From positions 1 to 64,000 of the IMG/VR virus record IMGVR_UViG_2595698399_000001: DNA of 64,000 nucleotides; one strand, given 5' to 3'. Positions 29,009 to 36,612 of the stretch are shown here, piece after piece. Source of the stretch: a virus (lineage: Duplodnaviria > Caudoviricetes). Position numbers and translations under genes: made by a program. The notes beneath the pieces were generated by a model. That model was not told where the DNA came from and did not search any database. It worked only from the letters and a program-made list of their open reading frames with translations. Numbering within the stretch: the stretch's first letter is position 1; each line of letters opens with the position of its first letter.

Positions 29009-29642
29009 CTTTTTTATCTGATTTAATTTGCCCTTCGTTGGGTCTTGTTTTACTAACCTTGTTTAACCTTGTTTGTATTTCTTGGATAACTCTAGAGGCT
29101 GCTAACATATCGTCTTCCTTATAACATGGAAACGACCCTTTATCTGGGTAATAACCGTAAGCCTCTTTACAAAGCTCCATCTTACCCTCTGGTAAAAGTC
29201 CTTTATCTCTTAATACACAGAATATCAATTCGTTTGAACCCCCTGTAGATGATAAATGGTCGTATGAAACCCTGTACTTAAAAACTTCTTCGCCTAATTC
29301 AAACTTTACAATATCTCCCTTTGAATACCTTTTTGTAGATACATCTTCTTTAGGTCTTAAGATTTCCTTACTCTCTAAGTCCTTTAGACTCTCCACCAAT
29401 CTTGTCAATGCTTCGTAGTCGCCTGTCCTACACTCCGGACACATTCCGAATTTTGCTCTATAGCCGTAGGCCTTTGTACAAAAGGCTTCCCTTTCCTCGT
29501 CATCGTACATACCAAACATTTTGAATATCTGTTCATTGCCATTCTTTACACTAGAGAGGTGATTATCAAAAACAATTACTTCCAACTCATCCCCTTGATA
29601 ATTTTTGAGGGTTACTCTTTGTCCATGTTTTAATGTCTCCAT
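28827..29642 (-). CDS. hypothetical protein with duplicated domain
   Basis: Two copies of HLSS..G.NE.IF.....C..AYGY....G..P. Confidence 0.65.
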   Translation of the reverse strand: METLKHGQRVTLKNYQGDELEVIVFDNHLSSVKNGNEQIFKMFGMYDDEEREAFCTKAYGYRAKFGMCPECRTGDYEALTRLVESLKDLESKEILRPKEDVSTKRYSKGDIVKFELGEEVFKYRVSYDHLSSTGGSNELIFCVLRDKGLLPEGKMELCKEAYGYYPDKGSFPCYKEDDMLAASRVIQEIQTRLNKVSKTRPNEGQIKSDKKDELQEQITEDGRTDGGRAISARRGTGRVASQGRLIGNKIAVKQRKAKVGEFKVKQELISI

Positions 29643-29672
29643 AAGTAAAGTTTTTAAGATTTTTGATAGTGT

Positions 29673-29963
29673 TTACGCCCCGAATCTGCTCTTTTGAATA
29701 CTCTCGGCTATACTAAGACCTTCTTCAAGGTTCTTTACCTCTATTGTCTTAGAGATTTCTTTGTCGAAGCTGTAAGGGATTGCTCTTTTTAATTCAGTAA
29801 GCTCTCTCTTTGCCGTTGCGATTGCTTTCTTAGTCTCTAAGATTGAAGAGTCTGCTTGAAGAGATGCCTCTTGCGCTCTAAATTGTAATTGCTCTGTCTC
29901 TACATCTTTAGAAGATTGAGAGATTAAATCGATGTACTTTTCTGATTGTGCCTTGTTTGCCAT
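29673..29963 (-). CDS. coiled-coil protein, paralog of 28736..29008
   Basis: 96 aa, helical, shares motifs with its paralog. Confidence 0.65.
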   Translation of the reverse strand: MANKAQSEKYIDLISQSSKDVETEQLQFRAQEASLQADSSILETKKAIATAKRELTELKRAIPYSFDKEISKTIEVKNLEEGLSIAESIQKSRFGA

Positions 29964-30107
29964 AATTAATTTTAGTACGATGCTCTACAGCTTTGATTAT
30001 TAATTGATTTTTGTTTGTATGTAAAATATTAAAGGTGTTCTGTTTGGTCATATGGTTCTTTGAACTATTATCTACCCGTGTCTCCCCTAATACCCCCATT
30101 GTATTGT

Positions 30108-30554
30108 TTAATATACTTTGCTTATCCTTTCAATAGCTTCTTTACACTCTATCTCTAATGCTAATTTAGAGGCCTCTGTACCCTTCCAATTCGCTGAATC
30201 GTCGTGTATTATTTGAAGGAACTCCCAAACAATTACTGGATAACCTTTATACTCGTCTTTAAGGTATATATCTAATTCGGGTAAAGGCTTGGACTTATCT
30301 ACCGTTGATATCTTTACACCTGCCAATGAGTAAAGACCCCCTCTATTGTTTAACTCCCCATAGTCCAACCCATCTAACATACATCTACCTACAGCGCACA
30401 TTCCTCCGCCTTCTGCACGGTATTTGCAAAAATTAGATCCCTTGCTCTCTACACCCCTTCTACTCAAATCCTCGGAGTAGTATTGTACAGTCTCGTTTAA
30501 CAATCTTACCATGTCTTCTTTAGACCTTGCGGTTTCTACTTTTACTTCTGACAT
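30108..30554 (-). CDS. hypothetical protein, paralog of 31380..31799
   Basis: ETVQYYSEDLSRR...C.Y...G.MCAVGRCM...LQ..HD..NW. Confidence 0.7.
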   Translation of the reverse strand: MSEVKVETARSKEDMVRLLNETVQYYSEDLSRRGVESKGSNFCKYRAEGGGMCAVGRCMLDGLDYGELNNRGGLYSLAGVKISTVDKSKPLPELDIYLKDEYKGYPVIVWEFLQIIHDDSANWKGTEASKLALEIECKEAIERISKVY

Positions 30555-30574
30555 CTCTTAAATTTTAATATTAG

Positions 30575-30646
30575 TACTCTCTATAGGATTCGAACCTATG
30601 TTTTTCGGATGAAAACCGAATGTCCTTACCGCTAGACGAAAAGAGC
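30575..30646 (-). tRNA. tRNA-Glu(UUC), copy B (identical to copy A)
   Basis: Base-for-base identical to 28605-28676. Confidence 0.9.
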
Positions 30647-30653
30647 TTTGTAC

Positions 30654-31052
30654 TTATTGTTTTACCCAATCACCTTTACCTTTATCTTTGAAGATGTATA
30701 GCCTGCCCATAATATCATATGCACTCCCACCGCAGTAGTTCTCTTGCTCCCACTCTGTCCAATAATGGTAACCGCTGTCGTAGCTATCTTGAAGAGACTC
30801 GTACCCATTCTCTTTAGCCATTTTCTCGGCGTCAGATCGGTACTTTATGTACATTGTGTCATGGAATAGGTAACCCTTATCCATACCCTCTCCTGTTACG
30901 TCGCAACGTCTTGGATACAGCCTAGGTTCATTGGTTCCTTCTGTAATATTACGACGCTTCCAGTCTTCCAATTTTGATTCCAACTCTTCTATAGCAAAGG
31001 CTACGGAAGATATGGAGTATATTATCATTTCTATCAACTGTCTTTTAATCAT
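30654..31052 (-). CDS. hypothetical protein
   Basis: 132 aa; RCDVTGEGMDKGY, YWTEWE. Confidence 0.6.
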   Translation of the reverse strand: MIKRQLIEMIIYSISSVAFAIEELESKLEDWKRRNITEGTNEPRLYPRRCDVTGEGMDKGYLFHDTMYIKYRSDAEKMAKENGYESLQDSYDSGYHYWTEWEQENYCGGSAYDIMGRLYIFKDKGKGDWVKQ

Positions 31053-31089
31053 AATTTCCCTAGGTTTTGGATAGTGAATAGGTCTCCTT

Positions 31090-31383
31090 TTATAGACCAG
31101 TTATTTTTATATATTGCTTATACTCTTTTCCGGACTTCTTACTAGTCCTAAGAATGTAGTAACTACCCCTAGTACTTTTATACACGGGGTACTCAACACC
31201 TTTCACGTCCATGGTGTATTTGGTCTTTGTAGCTTCGGATGCAGATTTACCACCTCCTACTTTTACTATTTTGTCACCTTGTACCACATAGGTAGGCTCT
31301 GTACTTTCTTGTGCAGACGCAACTATTGTTACAAATACTAATGTCAGTACTAATATTAACGATAACCTTTTAACTCTTCTCAT
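31090..31383 (-). CDS. secreted hypothetical protein
   Basis: Signal-peptide-like N-terminus (ASA-Q); YPVYKSTRGSYYILRTSKKSGKEYKQY. Confidence 0.6.
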   Translation of the reverse strand: MRRVKRLSLILVLTLVFVTIVASAQESTEPTYVVQGDKIVKVGGGKSASEATKTKYTMDVKGVEYPVYKSTRGSYYILRTSKKSGKEYKQYIKITGL

Positions 31384-31799
31384 AACTCTCCTTTTTCTAT
31401 ATCTGATTTAATTTGATTTAACTTTGCCGACCCCATTCTCGAAAGTCCTCTCCCTTCCCAATTAAGACTTTGGTCATGTAAACTTTGCAGAGACATCCAA
31501 AAGGTCATGTTTACACCTCTGTACTCATCCTTTAAGAGGGTGTCTAATTTCTCATCTTGCTCTTCAACTTCTACATTACGGAATATCTCTAAAGAAGTTA
31601 ATTCGCCCTGTGTGTTAAGGTCTTCAAATGGTGCGTCATCTCGCATACATCTACCCACAGCACACATATTCCCATGAGGAGTCTTGTATAGACACATGAA
31701 GTTTTCGTCGAGCGCCCTTCTACTTAAGTCCTCGGAGTAATACTTTACAGTTTCGTCTAGTATCTGTAGCTTTTTATCCCTTAATGCTTGGTTGTTCAT
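31380..31799 (-). CDS. hypothetical protein, paralog of 30108..30554
   Basis: DETVKYYSEDLSRR...CLY...GNMCAVGRCM...LQSLHD..NW. Confidence 0.7.
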   Translation of the reverse strand: MNNQALRDKKLQILDETVKYYSEDLSRRALDENFMCLYKTPHGNMCAVGRCMRDDAPFEDLNTQGELTSLEIFRNVEVEEQDEKLDTLLKDEYRGVNMTFWMSLQSLHDQSLNWEGRGLSRMGSAKLNQIKSDIEKGEL

Positions 31800-31833
31800 T
31801 TCGTCCTGTTTTTGATAGTGGATACTTGTTCTT

Positions 31834-32088
31834 TTATACTATTTCCCATGCCTCGTGCAACTCACCGAATGCATAAACTAAACAGTAGTCCTCACCTTCT
31901 AAGTCGTCAGTATCCCAAAAGTTGGTGTTTACGGCTATTTTTTCAGGGTGATAAGCTGCTATAATAGTATGGTCTCCACCATAAAGAGGGTGTTCATACA
32001 AAGATATAGTTTGCCCCTCTCTATTTATAACTTCTGATAATAGTGTAGGATTTAGAGACATTAATTTCTCGTAGCTAATTCTTTTCAT
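31834..32088 (-). CDS. hypothetical protein
   Basis: 84 aa; LYEHPLYGG. Confidence 0.55.
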   Translation of the reverse strand: MKRISYEKLMSLNPTLLSEVINREGQTISLYEHPLYGGDHTIIAAYHPEKIAVNTNFWDTDDLEGEDYCLVYAFGELHEAWEIV

Positions 32089-32112
32089 AACTTGTTTATT
32101 TTTGGGGTTTTA

Positions 32113-32226
32113 TTAAAGATTTGATGTGTTCACTGCTCCCGATAAGATAGCGACCAATAAACTTAATGCAGTTACTACTATAATAACTACCAATACATTT
32201 ACGAATACTTTTTTTGCAAGTTCCAT
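32113..32226 (-). CDS. small membrane peptide (37 aa, MELAKKVFVNVLVVIIVVTALSLLVAILSGAVNTSNL)
   Basis: Read manually; single hydrophobic helix; fits better than the track ORF 32096..32311. Confidence 0.5.
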   Translation of the reverse strand: MELAKKVFVNVLVVIIVVTALSLLVAILSGAVNTSNL

Positions 32227-32247
32227 ATCTTACTATTTTAAAATTAG

Positions 32248-32309
32248 GGGCAATTAGTGGGATCGAGCCACCTACCAAGAGTAAATTCAAGGTGTTACCA
32301 AACATTACC
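32248..32309 (-). ncRNA. miniature degenerate tRNA-like element
   Basis: GGTAAT/ATTGCC acceptor-like stem, TGTT-TGGT-AACA D-like arm, GGTGG-CTCGATC-CCACT T-arm, broken anticodon stem. Confidence 0.4.
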
Positions 32310-32313
32310 ATAT

Positions 32314-32350
32314 AAAAAACCCGTGATAACTGTCAAGGATTACCACGGGC
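32314..32350 (-). terminator. intrinsic terminator after the first early gene
   Basis: Minus-strand GCCCGTGGTAA...TTATCACGGGT-TTTTT. Confidence 0.7.
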
Positions 32351-32393
32351 AAAATGAAAAAAATACTGTTTAATCGTAAACAGCATACCTTAA

Positions 32394-32879
32394 TTATGCC
32401 ATTACAGGCTCTAATACTTCTTTTTTAGCTTCTGCTTTTTTAGCCGCTTCTTTTTTAGCCTTATTAGCTGCCCTTGTTTCAGCCGCTTTTTTAGCTCTAT
32501 CTTTAGCCGCCTTTATTTGTTCAGGAGTTCTCACTTCTGTTGTAGGCTTCGCCACCTCTTTTTTAGCTTCAACTGGCTCTGTGGTCATATCCTTTGCCAC
32601 CTTCAAAGTTCTGTGTAGTGTTTGCAATACGTAGTAAGCCGAGTAAGTTCCTAGGTCTTTACCTTTGTACTTTGAAGTACGAACTGTTTTCTTAAATTTC
32701 TTGAATGCATCGGAATCGTCTCTTATGAAAGTCAATAATTCGATTGCAGGCTCACTTAAGTTTATTTCCTTCTTAAATATTAGTAACATTTTTACACACC
32801 CTCCCAAAGTTTTACCTTCTGCTTTAAGTGCCTTGTTTACATCATTTACATTTTTTTGGTAACTAGATACATTTGCCAT
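32394..32879 (-). CDS. first leftward gene; Lys/Ala/Glu-rich C-terminal tail
   Basis: 161 aa; AAKDRAKKAAETRAANKAKKEAAKKAEAKKE. Confidence 0.7.
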   Translation of the reverse strand: MANVSSYQKNVNDVNKALKAEGKTLGGCVKMLLIFKKEINLSEPAIELLTFIRDDSDAFKKFKKTVRTSKYKGKDLGTYSAYYVLQTLHRTLKVAKDMTTEPVEAKKEVAKPTTEVRTPEQIKAAKDRAKKAAETRAANKAKKEAAKKAEAKKEVLEPVMA

Positions 32880-33538
32880 AACTTTTAATTTTAAGATTAT
32901 TATTTTATTTTATTATTTGATTATTTTGCGTTTCTACGCTTAGGTACTACACAGAATATTCTCTACGTCTGTGTAGCAAGTTGTAATTTCAATTTATTGT
33001 TTATACTTCTATTTTGTCAAATTTTACTCGGTTTGGCTCGTTTTAATATTGCAAAATACTGTTTACATTATTGCCTTTGCTATTGGCTAGTAAAACAGTA
33101 CATAAAACTTATTAAGGTTTTATCGTAGTGCAACACGAAATTGCTAAAATTATCAATTTCAAAGTGTTTTATTACTTTATAAGCACTCAAGTCGTGCCGG
33201 TATAGGAGTGCCAAATATTTTACGGTGGCTTCCACTGGTAACATTCTAAGTTACCCTCCTGACAGTTTCTTATATACCGAAGAACTGCCTTTTCGGTTTT
33301 ATAATTAAAATAGTGTTTATTGTTTGAAATTTAAGGCTGTGCCTACTTTATACAAATTACCCTTGCGTCCTGTTTTAAACGTACACGGTATTTCACCGTT
33401 ATTAAAAAATCAAGTATCTCGATTCTTTCTAACTAATTCGTTAGATTTTAGCAGTTTTAAGGCTGCCACACTTCCGAGGGATTATAAACTACACTAAATT
33501 AAAGAACTTATGTTATAATTAGTTACTTACTAACTACG

Positions 33539-33612
33539 CTACAAATGTATTAAAACAATATTGATTAAAAGCTATTTATTCGACGAACTACCTAAAAATC
33601 GGTTAAACTGTA
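33539..33612 (-). promoter_or_regulatory. leftward promoter copy 1 (TACATTTG -7 box plus upstream direct-repeat element)
   Basis: CTACAAATGTA at 33539-33549 and CGACGAACTACCTAAAAATCGGTTAAAC at 33581-33608, repeated ~238 bp away. Confidence 0.55.
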
Positions 33613-33776
33613 TTTTGTAGACCCTGAGCCAAGTTTTTAGTAGATTTATACATTAAGATACTACTTACTTACTTTTATTGGCAGCTATACACATATACAC
33701 CCTATGATAGGTATTTTCGTCACTTGCTTATCAATATGCTAAAAGAACGTTTGCAGCTTGTTACTCGTTAACTGCC

Positions 33777-33850
33777 CTACAAATGTACGGCGGACTTAGA
33801 GATATTAAACTAAAAATCCGACGAACTACCTAAAAAATCGTTAAACGGTA
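33777..33850 (-). promoter_or_regulatory. leftward promoter copy 2
   Basis: CTACAAATGTA at ~33777-33787 and CGACGAACTACCTAAAAAATCGTTAAAC at 33819-33846. Confidence 0.55.
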
Positions 33851-34024
33851 AAATTGAGGTTTTTGTGGGCTACTATAGGTATTTGCGCACGTGTGCGGGA
33901 TACGTTGTAAAAAAGAAAGGTGGTTTTGTGGGTGGTTTGCGGGGCGGGTTGGTAAGGTCTACCATGTGAATGGCTGCTATTATGATAGTGATATTTTAAC
34001 AGAGTTAGTTATCTGGTAAGCATG

Positions 34025-34132
34025 TGACAGTATGGCAGGTTATGGTGTCAGTTTGTCAGGTGTTGTTATGTGGAAGGTAGAGTCTGACAGGGTGGCAGTA
34101 TGTGGAAGGTATTATATGACAGGGTGGCAGTA
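34025..34132. repeat. short direct repeats TGACAG(GG/TA)TGGCAG x3 and TATGTGGAAGGT x2
   Basis: Seen directly in the G/T-rich part of the strand-switch region. Confidence 0.7.
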
Positions 34133-34562
34133 AAACAATAATTATTTATAGAATAGCAAGCAGCAAATAAATATCCTAATCAAATAAACTATGTTAAACA
34201 GGTATTAAACAGACTTTATTTATAGCAGATTGACCCGTATAAAATGATGCGGAGAAAGTTAAGGAGTTTAATGTAAGTGACTGCAAACCAAGTAATTAAC
34301 AGCCTAGAAAAGCTAAAAACTATACGCAAATTTGAAAAAATGCGAACCCCACCCCGTTAAAAAAATCGGGTTTGCCATAGCAGCGTGAGGCCCGTGGGTA
34401 TAGTATGTCTTAAAACAGAAAATGCAAGAGAACTTCGAAAGTTGGTGCAAAAACATGCATAAAATGGCCCCTAAAGTACGTGACAAACTTTTTACCGAAT
34501 TATTTACTTGCACCCCTCGAAAGATTTTACTACCTTTATATCTCATTTAAACAAGGATTATT

Positions 34563-34856
34563 ATGTCAGATAAATTACTAGGAGCGATCGAATTAAAAAC
34601 TATTAGAATAGATACAGTATTCTACGATTATGAGGGTCAAGATTTAGGAGACGAAGAAGTAAGGGAAAGTATCCTCGGAGGAGACTATGGAGCAGTTAGT
34701 GTTTATGTAAACGACGTCTTAGCATCTTCTTACGGTGACTACTACCACGAGAAGGGTGATGTAGCAGCAGATGCTTTTGCAAGTGGCCTGTTATTTGCAT
34801 TAAACGCCCCAGAAGACTTCGAGATACTCTATACAAATTCAATAGAGGTGTATTAA
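34563..34856 (+). CDS. acidic hypothetical protein (first rightward gene)
   Basis: 97 aa; upstream TACCTTTA -7-like box. Confidence 0.6.
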   Translation: MSDKLLGAIELKTIRIDTVFYDYEGQDLGDEEVRESILGGDYGAVSVYVNDVLASSYGDYYHEKGDVAADAFASGLLFALNAPEDFEILYTNSIEVY

Positions 34857-35061
34857 TAGTGGTAATTTTATAAAATATGGCACGTACATGGGAATCATTC
34901 GGGGAGTTTTGGTCTGAACTATCAAAAGATCAGAGGACGTACTTAAAAGAGTACATAAATAAGAAAACACGACAGGCCGTCGAACAATATAAAGAAAGTC
35001 TCGAATAACAGCTCGAATACTTTTACTATATTTGCACCTAACACTATAAACATTATAAACT

Positions 35062-35208
35062 ATGATTACATTTTTAGTAGGAGTATTGGCCGGAGCGGCA
35101 GGCTTCGCATTAATCTTGAAGAACAACCCTAAATTACAAGCATATTTCAATAGTGCTGCAGACGAGTTGGAGCGAAAGATTGAAGAAAAAACCGGAAAAG
35201 ACATCTAA
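35062..35208 (+). CDS. small membrane-anchored protein (48 aa, MITFLVGVLAGAAGFALILKNNPK..., YtxH-like)
   Basis: Read manually; upstream TATATTTG box at ~35027. Confidence 0.55.
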   Translation: MITFLVGVLAGAAGFALILKNNPKLQAYFNSAADELERKIEEKTGKDI

Positions 35209-35227
35209 AACAAAAATTATTTACAAG

Positions 35228-35263
35228 TAAGTTTTTTTATATCAAAAAAAAGTTGTATATTTG
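35228..35263 (+). promoter_or_regulatory. tRNA array 1 promoter (repeat copy 1)
   Basis: TAAGTTTTTTTATATCAAAAAAAAGTTGTATATTTG; Bacteroidota -7 box TAnnTTTG; repeated at 36705 and 37947. Confidence 0.8.
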
Positions 35264-35282
35264 TATCAAAGCAATAAGATCG

Positions 35283-35360
35283 ATGAAAACAATTATGAAC
35301 ATAGCGACAGATATTAGAACCAAGGGAGTGAAACTCTTGGGGAGGAGCCGTGTACTATAA
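35283..35360 (+). CDS. attenuator leader peptide 1 (MKTIMNIATDIRTKGVKLLGRSRVL)
   Basis: 16 of the first 17 codons are M/K/T/I/A/D/R/G/V, the amino acids of tRNA array 1. Confidence 0.8.
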   Translation: MKTIMNIATDIRTKGVKLLGRSRVL

Positions 35361-35388
35361 TTTCTTTAGATATAAGATGTTTATTACA

Positions 35389-35415
35389 GCCCTCCCCTAA
35401 AAAGGAGGGTTTTTT
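35389..35415 (+). terminator. attenuator terminator 1
   Basis: GCCCTCC/GGAGGGT stem plus U-run, 3 nt before tRNA-Ala; leader GGGGAGG can pair with CCTCCCC. Confidence 0.85.
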
Positions 35416-35418
35416 ATT

Positions 35419-35493
35419 GGGGCTGCATGAACCAAGGCAAGGCGACTTTGATTTGCAATCAGAGTGAGATGGGTTCGATACCCATGAGTTCCA
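35419..35493 (+). tRNA. tRNA-Ala(UGC)
   Basis: Loop TTTGCAA, GGGGCTG start with G3.U70, ATGGG-TTCGATA-CCCAT. Confidence 0.8.
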
Positions 35494-35521
35494 CAATAAG
35501 ATCCCTTACTGACACCAAATT

Positions 35522-35594
35522 GCCCTTGTAGCAAACAGGTTGTAGGCAACCGTCTTTTAAACGGTGGGGCTAGGTTCGATTCCTAGCAGGGGCA
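35522..35594 (+). tRNA. tRNA-Lys(UUU)
   Basis: ACCGT-CTTTTAA-ACGGT; GCCCTTG/CAGGGGC. Confidence 0.9.
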
Positions 35595-35643
35595 CATAAG
35601 TAAATTAGCTTATATAATGGATTATAAGCGAATAAGGTAATAT

Positions 35644-35716
35644 TGGAGTATAGCTCAGCGGTTAGAGCACTCCCCTGATACGGGAGATGTCGTAGGTTCG
35701 AAACCTTCTACTCCAA
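35644..35716 (+). tRNA. tRNA-Ile(GAU)
   Basis: CTCCC-CTGATAC-GGGAG; TGGAGTA/TACTCCA. Confidence 0.9.
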
Positions 35717-35804
35717 CGAGGCGGAAGACTACCGAAAGAAGGAAAAAGGAAAAAAGTTGGACTAAGAGATTGTTTTTACCTCAACTCTATAAAAAGAGGA
35801 ATTT

Positions 35805-35877
35805 GCGTAAGAGGCCATAGTGGAATGGCGCCTGCCTTCCAAGTAGGAGATAGCGAGTTCGAACCTCGTCTTACGCT
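35805..35877 (+). tRNA. tRNA-Gly(UCC)
   Basis: CCTGC-CTTCCAA-GTAGG; GCGTAAG/CTTACGC. Confidence 0.9.
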
Positions 35878-35887
35878 CTTTTAAAAT

Positions 35888-35956
35888 TGTGGGTGGTCGT
35901 GGTGACCAGAGGGCCTCATAAGTCCTTATAGATGGGTTCGACTCCCATACCCGCCA
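35888..35956 (+). tRNA. tRNA-Met (or Ile2) (CAU), atypical short D-arm
   Basis: AGGGC-CTCATAA-GTCCT; 1:72 mismatch; ATGGG-TTCGACT-CCCAT. Confidence 0.7.
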
Positions 35957-36031
35957 CAAAAGTCGTTTCTACACTCTTCGGGATAAAGGGTGTTCGTACG
36001 ACACTCGGCAGTTAATCGACATCTGCCAACT

Positions 36032-36108
36032 GGTCTAATAAGCGTGTTTGGTAACACGAATTGCACTGTCACTGCTCTAAAACGAGGGTTCGAATCCCTC
36101 TTAGACCG
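36032..36108 (+). tRNA. tRNA-Asp(GUC)
   Basis: GCA-CTGTCAC-TGC; GGTCTAA/TTAGACC, G73; GAGGG-TTCGAAT-CCCTC. Confidence 0.8.
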
Positions 36109-36118
36109 CTTTAATTAT

Positions 36119-36192
36119 GCACTAATGACTGAATAGGAAATGGTACTTCATTTGTAACGAAGATAATTCGGGTTCGACTCCTGATTAGTGCT
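36119..36192 (+). tRNA. tRNA-Thr(UGU)
   Basis: Loop TTTGTAA; GCACTAA/TTAGTGC. Confidence 0.85.
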
Positions 36193-36401
36193 CAACATAC
36201 TTAATCCGCCTATCGAGAAGTTTTGAAGCGCATTAGATTAAGTGTTTTCTGAAAAAGGGGCTTAGCGAATACTAGATATCGTTAACAAAGGCCCCTTTTT
36301 ATTTATCAGGATAAAAGTATTGTAATGGAGTTTTGAGTTATGGAAATAAGCTTCTCCACGTTAAAAACAAAAAAGTAGGTGTAGTAATATGCTTACCATA
36401 T

Positions 36402-36475
36402 ACCAGATTAGCTCAGCGGTTTAGAGCAGCTCTTTTACAAGGAGAAGGTCGATAGTTCGAATCTATCATTTGGTA
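36402..36475 (+). tRNA. tRNA-Val(UAC)
   Basis: Loop TTTACAA; ACCAGAT/ATTTGGT; canonical D-arm. Confidence 0.88.
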
Positions 36476-36536
36476 CGACAGTACCTACCACACTTCTAGG
36501 AGAACGTCTCAAAGTGTCCAAGGGTAGGTCTTTTTT

Positions 36537-36607
36537 ACCTCTATAGTTTAAAGGAAGAATACGGCGCTTCTAACGCTATGGTCGGGGTTCGAATCCCTGT
36601 AGAGGTT
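36537..36607 (+). tRNA. tRNA-Arg(UCU)
   Basis: GGCG-CTTCTAA-CGCT; ACCTCTA/TAGAGGT. Confidence 0.88.
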
Positions 36608-36612
36608 CTTAT

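Noticed and set aside
951-31341. Many plus-strand ORFs opposite leftward genes (e.g. 2744..3142, 14991..15263, 21312..21635)
   Set aside because: They are antisense shadows of well-supported genes, with no motifs or start context.
32096-32311. 71-aa ORF as listed in the track
   Set aside because: It starts right after a terminator inside a tRNA-like element; the 37-aa hydrophobic ORF 32113..32226 in another frame is more plausible.
33539-34132. Possible CRISPR or mini-CRISPR array
   Set aside because: Only 2-3 imperfect copies with irregular spacing and no repeat-spacer periodicity; no cas operon (6..656 is a generic PD-(D/E)XK nuclease).
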